From: Sedimentisphaerales bacterium
GTDB lineage: Bacteria; Planctomycetota; Phycisphaerae; Sedimentisphaerales; UBA12454
Assembly (NCBI GenBank): GCA_016930635.1
Contig: JAFGGI010000019.1
Coordinates: forward strand, 9,929 to 73,928
Direction of reading: 5' to 3'
DNA length: 64,000 nucleotides
The position numbers were made by a program, and so were the translations under genes. Positions 46,836 to 55,900 of the stretch are shown in pieces (position 1 is the stretch's first letter; each line of letters begins with the position of its first letter). The notes below the pieces were generated by a model, which worked only from the letters and a program-made list of their open reading frames with translations, had not been told where the DNA came from and made no database searches.

Positions 46836-48008
46836 ATGATTACACAGACGCACAACATATTATTGCTGACAAAGGACAATTCCGCTGTAGATATGCTGCA
46901 TTCGGTTCTGGAAAAAAGCCAGAATATAGTATTGTCCGGCATATGTCAGGAATTTTCTGAACTTACTTCATATCTAAAGGATATTAAGTTTCAGACGATT
47001 ATTGTTGATATCGACCCGGATCCGCTGAGAATTCTGACCAAGGTCGGAACGATTACAGCTATGTATCCGGAACTGCGCATAGTAGTCATTTCAAACAGTT
47101 TCAGCAATGAACTGATCCTGCACGCAATGCACGCCGGGGCAAGACATTATCTGCTTAAAAGCTCTATTGAAAAAGAGCTTGAAAAAGTGCTGGGACAGAT
47201 ACTCTCTGAAGGCCGTAAAAGTGAGTCAAAACAAGGCTCAATAATATCTGTCATCCCTGTCAGCGGGGGCTGCGGCGCAACGACAGTAGCAGTCAATCTT
47301 GCCAACGAAATACGAATAGCCTCATCTGAAGAAATATTATTAGTTGATATGGACAGCTATTATGCAACAGTTGCATTGCATCTTGGAATATCCACCCAGT
47401 ACGGCATCTCAGATATCCTGTCTCATGAAGATATGATCGATGAAAACTTATTGAAATCCTGCTCATATAACTATATGACCGATTTTCATATATTGACAAA
47501 CAAGGCGATTATAAGTTCGCCTGAACTGAATCCGCCCAGGTATGACAACCTTACCTCTATTCTGGAAGTATGTAAAAATGCTTACAAATATACAGTAATT
47601 GACACTCCTTCCCGTCTGGATAAGGATGTTCTGGAAAAAATACTTGACCTAAGCGACAATATACTGGTCGTATTCCATGCCACCGTAAAAGATTTGAAGC
47701 TGGCGCAGTACCTTATATCATCTGTTCAGTTTCTTACCGCGCCGAATAAGATAATCCCCCTGGCAAATAACTTTGACAAACGAAATTCACTGATAAAACT
47801 GGAAGACTGTAAACAGGCATTGGGAATAGAGCATATCCACAGCATATGCAGCGAACCTCAAAAGGCGCTTAATGCTTTTAATCTCAGCCAGCCTCTTGCA
47901 CAATTCGCAGCCAAGTCAAAAATGCGCCAGGATCTGCAGCAACTTGCTTTAGCTCTAATAGGCGTTGAAGAACCAAATAAAAAAGAAACTATTTTGGGAA
48001 CTAAATAA
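46836..48008 (+). CDS. tadZ: TadZ/CpaE (receiver-like N domain + ParA/MinD-like domain)
   Basis: Receiver-like N-terminus. P-loop region reads VSGGCGATTVAVNLA, deviating from KGGxGKT. Confidence 0.75.
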   Translation: MITQTHNILLLTKDNSAVDMLHSVLEKSQNIVLSGICQEFSELTSYLKDIKFQTIIVDIDPDPLRILTKVGTITAMYPELRIVVISNSFSNELILHAMHAGARHYLLKSSIEKELEKVLGQILSEGRKSESKQGSIISVIPVSGGCGATTVAVNLANEIRIASSEEILLVDMDSYYATVALHLGISTQYGISDILSHEDMIDENLLKSCSYNYMTDFHILTNKAIISSPELNPPRYDNLTSILEVCKNAYKYTVIDTPSRLDKDVLEKILDLSDNILVVFHATVKDLKLAQYLISSVQFLTAPNKIIPLANNFDKRNSLIKLEDCKQALGIEHIHSICSEPQKALNAFNLSQPLAQFAAKSKMRQDLQQLALALIGVEEPNKKETILGTK

Positions 48009-49342
48009 TGGAACTAAAAGAAGGTCAAAACAGAAAATTGACCCTGCAGAGGTTAAAAGCAGAGGTTCATCGGAAGCTGCTTGAAGTATTAAATCTGAAC
48101 GAAGCCAGGAGAGTTTCTATAGAGCAGCTAAAGGAAGAATGCTTCAGCAAAGTCAGCGCTCTGCTGGACGAACAGCAGTTCCCGATATCAGGGCCGGAAA
48201 AACAACAACTGCTGCACGACATTATGGACGAGGTCTTCGGATTTGGACCTTTAGGTACACTTTTGAGAGATCCTTCCGTTAGTGATATTTTAGTGAACGG
48301 CCCGTTCCAGATATACGTTGAACGAAGCGGCCTGCTCGAACTTACAGACTTATCCTTTGCCGACGATGACCATTTGATGCGGGTGATTCAGCGAATCGGA
48401 ACTACCGTAGGCCGACGAATTGACGAAAGCACTCCAATGCTCGACGCTCGTCTGCTGGACGGCTCCCGTGTAAACGCAATTATACCCCCCCTTGCGATAG
48501 ACGGACCTGCGTTGAGTATCAGACGTTTCAGCGGAATCCCTATTGATATCAAGAAACTAATCGAAATAGAATCTATAGCTGAAGAGATGGCCTTTTTCAT
48601 CGAGGCCTGTGTCCAGTGCAAAATGAATGTCCTGATATCAGGAGGAACCGGTACTGGTAAAACTACCATACTCAACGCCCTGTCAAGGTGGATACCTCAG
48701 GGAGAACGTGTGGTAACAATAGAAGATGCAGCGGAATTAAAGCTGCAGCGGGATCACGTCGTACGTCTTGAGACAAGACCCCCTAATGTAGAAGGCGAAG
48801 GAACCATCACCCAGAGGGATCTGCTGCGAAATACCTTGAGAATGAGGCCTGACAGAATCATCATCGGTGAGGTTCGCGGTGCAGAAGCTATCGATATGCT
48901 CCAGGCAATGAATACCGGACACGAAGGCTCAATGACCACGGTACATGCCAACAGTCCGCGTGATGCTATGAGAAGACTGGAAAATATGGCCAGTCTGGCA
49001 GGAGTAAATTTCCCGCTGAAGGCAATTCGCGAGCAGATAAGCTCTGCGATAAACATTTTAGTCCATTTGCAGAGAATGACCGGCGGCCAGAGAAAAGTCG
49101 TCAGTGTTGCTGAAATAACAGGAATGGAAATGGATACGATCTGCCTTCACGATATCTTCCGTTTCGTCCAGGATGGAGTCGATGATGAAGGCAAAGCCAA
49201 AGGACATTTCGAAGCGTGCGGCGTCTGCCCTCAGATATTAAACAGGCTAAAGGAAAAAGGTATGAAAATGCCGCCCGATATGTTCCAGCACAAGATTATC
49301 GGAAAAAGTGTAAAAAAGAAAGAAGCAGTAAAAGTTCGATAA
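48008..49342 (+). CDS. cpaF: Tad pilus ATPase CpaF/TadA
   Basis: Walker A GGTGTGKTT, Asp and His boxes, IIGEVRG. Confidence 0.92.
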   Translation: MELKEGQNRKLTLQRLKAEVHRKLLEVLNLNEARRVSIEQLKEECFSKVSALLDEQQFPISGPEKQQLLHDIMDEVFGFGPLGTLLRDPSVSDILVNGPFQIYVERSGLLELTDLSFADDDHLMRVIQRIGTTVGRRIDESTPMLDARLLDGSRVNAIIPPLAIDGPALSIRRFSGIPIDIKKLIEIESIAEEMAFFIEACVQCKMNVLISGGTGTGKTTILNALSRWIPQGERVVTIEDAAELKLQRDHVVRLETRPPNVEGEGTITQRDLLRNTLRMRPDRIIIGEVRGAEAIDMLQAMNTGHEGSMTTVHANSPRDAMRRLENMASLAGVNFPLKAIREQISSAINILVHLQRMTGGQRKVVSVAEITGMEMDTICLHDIFRFVQDGVDDEGKAKGHFEACGVCPQILNRLKEKGMKMPPDMFQHKIIGKSVKKKEAVKVR

Positions 49343-49366
49343 TAACCAAAGGATACGGTAAATATT

Positions 49367-50350
49367 ATGAGTCCTGACAAATTAGTAAATGTCGTTATTA
49401 TGTTGCTCGTATTCGGGTTGATTTTCTCTGTTTGGGGAATCTGTATCTGCCTATGGATAGTACAATATCTCCGCAAGGCCCGTTCTGCCCGTGCAAAACT
49501 GGGGCTGGATGACAAGCAGGAAGGCGAAGACGAATCAAGCATGCTGAGATTATGGTTCGACTCATACGAAGAGAAAAAACCGACTAAAGCAGTAAAGAAA
49601 AAATCTCTGGCTGTATACCTGGATAAAATGATAGCCCAAACCGGCTGGCATGCTTCGGTCAGGACAATTATATTAAGAATTTTGGCAGCAATCGGTTTGA
49701 CCTCTGTAATAGCATATTTTGTAAGCGGCGATATTGTTGTAGGATTTGGTGCCGCTGCAGTAGCTATATTTATTGCATGGACTTTTATACAAAAAAGAAT
49801 TGCCAAACAAACCGCCCTGTTTGAAAGGCAATTGGCTGATGCATTAGGTATATCCTCCCGTGCACTTCGTGCGGGTCATCCGCTGGTTGAAACTTTCCAG
49901 TTAATTGCTGACGAGATAGGCGAGCCTTTAGGGGATATCTTTGCCAGAATATGCCAGGAACAGTCTCTGGGCCTTGGCTTAAAGGACTCTATACGAAATG
50001 TAGCAGAGACTACCTATAACAACGAACTGAAACTTTTTGCAACTGCGATCTCTATACAGTTTCAAAGCGGAGGCAATCTGGCCGACCTGATGGACAGGTT
50101 GGCATCTGTTATCCGGGCCAGAATGAGATTAAATCGGCGTATTCGTGTTATAACGGCACAGACTCAATTCAGCAAAAAAGTGCTGATCGCACTGCCTATT
50201 ATGCTTTTCTTCCTGCTCAATGTGGTAAATGCCGAATATATGCAGCCGTTATATAACACTGTGGCCGGCAAAGCAATGCTGATAATCGGAAGTGCCAGCG
50301 TATTAATGGGAACATGGATGATGAACCGTCTTTCTGCAATAAAGCTTTAG
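49367..50350 (+). CDS. tadB: TadB inner-membrane platform protein
   Basis: T2SSF-type domain and position in the locus. Confidence 0.8.
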   Translation: MSPDKLVNVVIMLLVFGLIFSVWGICICLWIVQYLRKARSARAKLGLDDKQEGEDESSMLRLWFDSYEEKKPTKAVKKKSLAVYLDKMIAQTGWHASVRTIILRILAAIGLTSVIAYFVSGDIVVGFGAAAVAIFIAWTFIQKRIAKQTALFERQLADALGISSRALRAGHPLVETFQLIADEIGEPLGDIFARICQEQSLGLGLKDSIRNVAETTYNNELKLFATAISIQFQSGGNLADLMDRLASVIRARMRLNRRIRVITAQTQFSKKVLIALPIMLFFLLNVVNAEYMQPLYNTVAGKAMLIIGSASVLMGTWMMNRLSAIKL

Positions 50351-50366
50351 AATAAGAAAGTATAAG

Positions 50367-51296
50367 ATGAATATTTCAAGCTCTGAAATTATAATTCCGG
50401 TACTTACATTTTTATCCGTTGTAACCCTCGGCGGATTAATTATGTTCATCCAGGCCAATAGAAAGAAATCATTGGCAATGAAAATGCTGCAGCATGAAGA
50501 TGCTCTTCCAGGACAAACCGGTGAAGGTGATGTGAAAAAGAAAGATGCTCTTCTGGAAATTTTCGAAAAAATAGGAAATTTCGTCTCCCACGGCCAGACC
50601 ACAACAACTCTTTCAGAACAGCTTATACGTGCCGGATATCATAGTAAATCCGCCTCGGCGATGTACACAGGTGTCAAAATGCTGCTGTTCTTTGTCGGAA
50701 TGGTAATGACCGCATGTATGGTTATAAATATCAACATTAATCTTATAACAAAAATGACTCTCATTTTTGTCGGCGGTGTCGTCTTCTTCTTTTTGCCTAA
50801 TGCCAAAATAATGGTGCAGTTCAAAAAACGCAGCCGTGAGATCAATCGATACCTGCCAGAGGCAATAGACCTGCTTGAAATATGCGTCTCTTCCGGAATA
50901 GGCCTGGATATGGCCTGGAACATCGTTTCCAACGAAATAAAACAGGTCTGCCCTATTCTGGCCGGTGCGATGGATATCAGCAATTTTGAAATGCATTTAG
51001 GTGCAAGCAGAGTAACCGCATTAAAACACATGGCAGCACGTACCGGCGTCGATGCTCTGTCTTCACTGGCAGCTATACTTGTTCAAACCGAAAGGTTCGG
51101 CACAAGTATCGGCTCGACACTGCAGGTATTTGCCACGTCAATGAGAGAAGAAAGAAATTTCGCCGTGGAAGAAAATGCGGAAAAAATGGCGGTAAAGCTG
51201 ATTATTCCGATGGTATTGTTTATTTTCCCGGCAGCCGTTATCACCGTAGTAGGACCGGCTGCTATTGTTATAGCAAAAGTAATGATGACACAATAA
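50367..51296 (+). CDS. tadC: TadC inner-membrane platform protein
   Basis: T2SSF-type domain and position in the locus. Confidence 0.8.
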   Translation: MNISSSEIIIPVLTFLSVVTLGGLIMFIQANRKKSLAMKMLQHEDALPGQTGEGDVKKKDALLEIFEKIGNFVSHGQTTTTLSEQLIRAGYHSKSASAMYTGVKMLLFFVGMVMTACMVINININLITKMTLIFVGGVVFFFLPNAKIMVQFKKRSREINRYLPEAIDLLEICVSSGIGLDMAWNIVSNEIKQVCPILAGAMDISNFEMHLGASRVTALKHMAARTGVDALSSLAAILVQTERFGTSIGSTLQVFATSMREERNFAVEENAEKMAVKLIIPMVLFIFPAAVITVVGPAAIVIAKVMMTQ

Positions 51297-51331
51297 TTGA
51301 CAAAAGAAAATTTAATTAAGGATATTAAATC

Positions 51332-51793
51332 ATGAAAGTATACAAAGTCATAGTTGTTTGCCTGGCTGTTATCGCCTTGGCTGGTTGTTCGGAAAACACT
51401 CAAAAGAGTCACGACACCCATGAACTTAACAGCGAGCTAATAAGGGCCTACAGCCAAATTTCTATTAACAACGCGATTGTCTCACGACACACACTGTTCC
51501 CCTACCACTTCGTTGACAACAGTGCCGAGCTGAACGAACTCGGCAAAAACGATCTGGGCGTGTTAATAAAACACTATAAGGACAATCCGGGGACATTGAA
51601 TATAACTCAGGGTGACGCTACGGATAAGATCTATCTTGCGAGAGTTACAGGTATTATCGAAAAGCTGGGTGATGCCGGTGTCGATAAAAGCAAGATGATC
51701 ATTTTAGACGGCATACAGGGCGGCCGCGGCATGCCTTCAGAAGAAGTCTTAGCTATTTTGCAGGAGGAAGTTACGAATAGTCAAAGTGAATAA
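51332..51793 (+). CDS. lipoprotein of the Tad locus (CpaD-like position)
   Basis: Lipobox LAGC at residues 17-20. No further family call. Confidence 0.5.
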   Translation: MKVYKVIVVCLAVIALAGCSENTQKSHDTHELNSELIRAYSQISINNAIVSRHTLFPYHFVDNSAELNELGKNDLGVLIKHYKDNPGTLNITQGDATDKIYLARVTGIIEKLGDAGVDKSKMIILDGIQGGRGMPSEEVLAILQEEVTNSQSE

Positions 51794-51812
51794 TTATATA
51801 AGGGATTGAGTT

Positions 51813-52475
51813 ATGAAAACTATAACGAAAAAATCAGGTTATCTCAGACAGGTTATAATAATGAGTATTATCTGCCTGGTTGGCCTGTGCGGCTGTAAGG
51901 AATCTGCACAAAAAAGAAAAATGCCAAAAAACAAACCTTTAGGCCCCGACTATTCAAATGTCAAATTCGAACAGGCTAAAGACCCTGCACCAACAGTCAA
52001 AACACTCTATGTTATGGCAGGTATTCTTCAAAATCAGGGCCAATACGCCAAAAGCGAAGCTGTGATGAAAAGTATTATTCATCAGTATCCTAAATCACTG
52101 CCTGCTTACAACCACCTGGCTCAGATGCAATTACAGCAGGGACGAAAAAAAGAGGCAATCGAAACAATGCAAAAAGGTTTGGCTATATATCCCGATGATA
52201 CAACACTGATAAACAATATCGGGATATGCTGGCTGATCTGCAACGAATATGAAAAAGCCCTGGAAATGTTTACCAAAGCAGCCGACATCGTACCTCAAAG
52301 CAAGAGATATCGCGCAAATGCCGCTTTGACATTGTCGCTGATGGAACGCTACGATGAATCATTAGCTCTCTTTGAGCAGATACTGCCGAAGAAAGATGCG
52401 ATTTATAATGTGAATGCAATTCGTAAAAATAAAATGATTGGCCCTCCTCGCTTAAGGGGAATGGAGGCCGGCTGA
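51813..52475 (+). CDS. tadD: TPR lipoprotein TadD
   Basis: Lipobox LCGC, TPR repeats, position in the locus. Confidence 0.7.
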   Translation: MKTITKKSGYLRQVIIMSIICLVGLCGCKESAQKRKMPKNKPLGPDYSNVKFEQAKDPAPTVKTLYVMAGILQNQGQYAKSEAVMKSIIHQYPKSLPAYNHLAQMQLQQGRKKEAIETMQKGLAIYPDDTTLINNIGICWLICNEYEKALEMFTKAADIVPQSKRYRANAALTLSLMERYDESLALFEQILPKKDAIYNVNAIRKNKMIGPPRLRGMEAG

Positions 52476-52517
52476 TAAATCATAAAAAATTGAATTATTT
52501 GAAGAGATATTTTTGAT

Positions 52518-52973
52518 ATGTTGTTCAGAAATATAAAACGCGAACGGAGAAAGGAAAAAAGAAACTACTGCAGCTGGCCTATCTGGTTTGCCGCTAACCG
52601 CAGCAACAGATTCTTCTACGGTGATATCATAGATTACTCCTCTGATTCTCTATCACTAATCTGCAAAAGCGGCACAGTTGCCCTGCATCCAGGCTGTATG
52701 ATAAAGATATACTTCGGCTACTCAAATTCCACCCTCAAAAAATCCCACGGCGTCGAAATGTTCTCATGCGAAGGGAATATTTACAGGGTTGACAACCTGG
52801 GCAGACAGTTTTTACATCGAAACAGCCGAATCGCCGTCAGGTTAGACCGGCAGCTGCCTTTCGCCGCATGCCGGATCAAGGCACTAAAGGTTATATTTGA
52901 GGTTATGGAAGAGCCTAACTCTAATAAACAAGAGCAGTTATGCTCAGCAGGAATAAGCACCGAGTCCGACTAA
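52518..52973 (+). CDS. PilZ-like domain protein
   Basis: N-terminal RKEKR (RxxxR) followed ~30 aa later by DYSSDS (D-x-S-x-x-S in place of DxSxxG). Confidence 0.45.
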   Translation: MLFRNIKRERRKEKRNYCSWPIWFAANRSNRFFYGDIIDYSSDSLSLICKSGTVALHPGCMIKIYFGYSNSTLKKSHGVEMFSCEGNIYRVDNLGRQFLHRNSRIAVRLDRQLPFAACRIKALKVIFEVMEEPNSNKQEQLCSAGISTESD

Positions 52974-53023
52974 TATATTGTATACTTTGTATAGAAGGAC
53001 TCCTTTTTTAGGAGGGTTGTAAG

Positions 53024-54394
53024 ATGAAGGAGCTAAAGAAAAATAAGCATTCGCAATCAAAATTCTCCATCCGCAATGGCATAGTATATGTATGGGCAAT
53101 AATTGTTTTACTGCTGCTTTTAACAACTACCGGTTTATCCCTTGATATTGGAAAAGTTATTTACGTAGGTCATCAACTGCAAAATGCCGCCGATGCTGCC
53201 GCTCTTGCCGGTGCCCGTGTGGTAAAATACAATCAGCCATTAGCCTGCCAGGAAGCTGCTGAAACCGCTCTGCAAAATGCCGCCAACGGACAAAATATTC
53301 AGCTTTCATCCGAAGATATTGTCGTAGGCCGTTACAACTTAGCAACAGGCACCTTCACTCCGACTACCATCGCTGCCAACGCTATACAGGTTACCGCCAA
53401 ACTCACTGACGATTCGGCAACAGGTCCGGTTTCTCTGAATTTTGGTTCTATATTTAATATCAACACCTGCAATCTTACCCGTACTGCAATCGCATACGGC
53501 GCCGGAGGAACCGGTGCAGGTATGATTTCCCTGGCACGTGATGGTATCGGATTATCCATCAACGGCGATATACATCTTACAGTAGAGGACGGCGCTATTC
53601 TGGTTAATTCCGAAGATGATGACGCTGTACGTATTATAGGCCAGCCGGATATTAACGCCCTTGAACTGGATGTAGTCGGTGATGTCGATGCTACCGGCGG
53701 ATTTGAATTCGACCCGAATTTCCCGGTAAACACGGGTATGTGGCCAAATCCAGACCCGCTATGTCCCGACCCGTATAATGGTGATTGTCTGCCTGAACCG
53801 GTCTGGGACCCTGATTATGATATGTCCCCTTCTTCCGGAGAAATAATAAGTGTCACCGGCGGAACAGCAGTATTTGAGCCGGGTTATTATTCAGGCGGGT
53901 TCAATTTCACCGGTGGTGATGTAGTATTTAAGCCCGGCATATATATTCTCGATGGTTCAAAAAAATCAGGATTAGTTATAGGCGGAAATACCAACGTCTG
54001 TGCAAAAGGCGTTATGTTCTACGTCGTAGGCGACGGTATTGTAAATATCGACGGCTCAGGCTCTATAGAATTAAGCCCGGTTCAGTTTGATAATGATGAA
54101 TTCTGTGACACCTCTTACAGCTATCCGCCAGGCACCGATTTTAGTTTTGAAGAAGTAGGAATTTATCAAGCTCGTACCAATACGAACGAGGCCACTATAG
54201 TCGGAACAGGTTCGCTGGATCTTAACGGAACATTATATTTTCCTGAGAATCAGCTTAATATCTCTGGTAACGGTGACGGCTTCGGCGATCAGCTCATCGC
54301 TAAAACAATTGAAGTCTCCGGCGGCGGATATATGGTCATCAGATACGACGGCAGGAACCGAACCCCCGCAAACAGGGCTTTTCTCGTCAAATAG
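53024..54394 (+). CDS. tadG: TadG-like pilus-associated protein
   Basis: N-terminal TM plus GLSLDIGKVIYVGHQLQNAADAAALAGA (TadG N-terminal motif). Confidence 0.75.
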   Translation: MKELKKNKHSQSKFSIRNGIVYVWAIIVLLLLLTTTGLSLDIGKVIYVGHQLQNAADAAALAGARVVKYNQPLACQEAAETALQNAANGQNIQLSSEDIVVGRYNLATGTFTPTTIAANAIQVTAKLTDDSATGPVSLNFGSIFNINTCNLTRTAIAYGAGGTGAGMISLARDGIGLSINGDIHLTVEDGAILVNSEDDDAVRIIGQPDINALELDVVGDVDATGGFEFDPNFPVNTGMWPNPDPLCPDPYNGDCLPEPVWDPDYDMSPSSGEIISVTGGTAVFEPGYYSGGFNFTGGDVVFKPGIYILDGSKKSGLVIGGNTNVCAKGVMFYVVGDGIVNIDGSGSIELSPVQFDNDEFCDTSYSYPPGTDFSFEEVGIYQARTNTNEATIVGTGSLDLNGTLYFPENQLNISGNGDGFGDQLIAKTIEVSGGGYMVIRYDGRNRTPANRAFLVK

Positions 54395-54661
54395 CAAACA
54401 AATCTTTCGAAATACCCGCCAAAAACGGCTTGGCCTATGCAATAAAAACAGCTAAAGGCTGAATTGCAACCTCTTATGTATAAAGCGTTTACGGAAAATT
54501 TTCTACTGAAGTTTTTTTAAGATTTTTCCGGTGTATCCTCAGAATATTTACTATGCTCTATATAGAAGAAGGGTAGTTTTTAAGAGAGGGTTTACAAGGT
54601 AATAGGCAATACATCGTTTAAGCGTTTTTAACCCTGAACTCAAATTTGAAAGGGGAAGAAA

Positions 54662-54829
54662 ATGAAAGCTTTTCTGAAAAACCTGTTCAACGAGGAAAGA
54701 GGCTTGGAAACAGTCGAATATGCTATTATCGCCGGCCTGATTGTAGTTGGCGTTATAGCAACGATTGCAAGCATCGGCACATGGGTCAACACAAAGTTTG
54801 GTGAATTACTCACAGCTCTTAGCTCTTAG
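54662..54829 (+). CDS. flp: Flp-family pilin (55 aa), copy 3
   Basis: My translation is MKAFLKNLFNEERGLETVEYAIIAGLIVVGVIATIASIGTWVNTKFGELLTALSS. Below the ORF-track cutoff. Confidence 0.9.
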   Translation: MKAFLKNLFNEERGLETVEYAIIAGLIVVGVIATIASIGTWVNTKFGELLTALSS

Positions 54830-54887
54830 TTCCGGCGAATATTAGCAATTCCAAAACTAATATCCGACAGGGCTAACAGTTCTCTTT

Positions 54888-54923
54888 CAGGACTGGTGAA
54901 ATACTCGCCAGTCCTGTTTTTTT
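54888..54923 (+). terminator. rho-independent terminator after flp copy 3
   Basis: CAGGACTGG...CCAGTCCTG stem followed by T7. Confidence 0.8.
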
Positions 54924-54935
54924 GTAATGATATGC

Positions 54936-55211
54936 TTATGCTTTGTAGAGTTTATACAAGCCCAGGCCTGCAATACTGAACAAAAGAGGCATAGCAGCTA
55001 TTACGACTCCTGCCATTACGCCCCCTCCGACGATATTGCCTATCACAGCCAGGCCGGAGGTTAACGCGGCATCTTCTATTGTGCCGTTGACAGAACCGGA
55101 CAGAATATCAGAAACAGATATTGCGGTTATCCAGATAATACCTGTAAGTATTGATGCCGCTGCTGAGATTCCGTTTAATTTAGATGTTGCCATTTCTTCT
55201 TCCGAGCCCAT
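54936..55211 (-). CDS. small Gly/Ala-rich membrane protein
   Basis: ORF with two or three hydrophobic segments. No family recognised. Confidence 0.4.
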   Translation of the reverse strand: MGSEEEMATSKLNGISAAASILTGIIWITAISVSDILSGSVNGTIEDAALTSGLAVIGNIVGGGVMAGVVIAAMPLLFSIAGLGLYKLYKA

Positions 55212-55373
55212 TTAAATATGGATTATACAATATCTTATTATACCATTTTTTACGCTGAAAATCAAGCAAAATCATAGCCTATTTGGCCTTATGGATCTGC
55301 TATGAGCAGCCATTTTAGGTATGAAAAAACGGCCGGGACACATTAAAAAACGCAATCCCGGCCGGTAAAAACT

Positions 55374-55448
55374 TAGCCCCAAGGGGATTTGAACCCCTGT
55401 CGCCGGGTTGAAAACCCGGTGTCCTAGACCTGCCTAGACGATGGGGCC
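55374..55448 (-). tRNA. tRNA-Glu (TTC)
   Basis: Manual fold of the reverse complement: GGCCCCA TC GTCT...AGGAC A CCGGG-TTTTCAA-CCCGG CGAC AGGGG-TTCAAAT-CCCCT TGGGGCT A. Confidence 0.9.
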
Positions 55449-55525
55449 ATCATAAGTTTTGAGTTATACGTCTTTAGTTTCAAGTTGACAAACAAGTTAA
55501 CTCAAAACTCAACACTAAAAACTTA

Positions 55526-55699
55526 TTATGCCATTTCTATGGCTTCGACAGAACATTCATCGACGCAAACACCGCAGTCAACACAGGCATCAGCATCAAC
55601 TTCCGCCTTACCATCAACCATTTTTATCGCTTCAGCTGGACAGGCCTCAATACATGCCTCACAGCCTGTGCATTTATCTCTATCTACTTTTGCCGGCAT
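55526..55699 (-). CDS. 2x[4Fe-4S] ferredoxin (57 aa)
   Basis: My translation is MPAKVDRDKCTGCEACIEACPAEAIKMVDGKAEVDADACVDCGVCVDECSVEAIEMA, with two CxxCxxCxxxC clusters. Missed by the >=60 aa ORF track. Confidence 0.85.
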   Translation of the reverse strand: MPAKVDRDKCTGCEACIEACPAEAIKMVDGKAEVDADACVDCGVCVDECSVEAIEMA

Positions 55700-55900
55700 A
55701 ACCTAACTCCTTTCAAAAAATCAAATCATTAATACAAAATTAATACAGTTTGAGGCGAAAATAGTACAAAAGTCCAGCCATTTTAACAATAGAAAATTTG
55801 CTAAAATCTCAACAAAATTAAAAAACCAGTTATATTATAACCCCTTTTTAATAAAGGATTAATCTCATATCAAACATATCCTGAGCATAAAAAAGCAGGG

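Noticed and set aside
49231-49806. 191-aa minus-strand ORF across the cpaF/tadB junction
   Set aside because: It is antisense to two well-supported tad genes, and its hydrophobic antisense translation is an artefact.
55485-55706. 73-aa plus-strand ORF
   Set aside because: It is antisense to a textbook 2x[4Fe-4S] ferredoxin ORF. The product is low-complexity, Ser/Thr/Ala-rich and has no motif.
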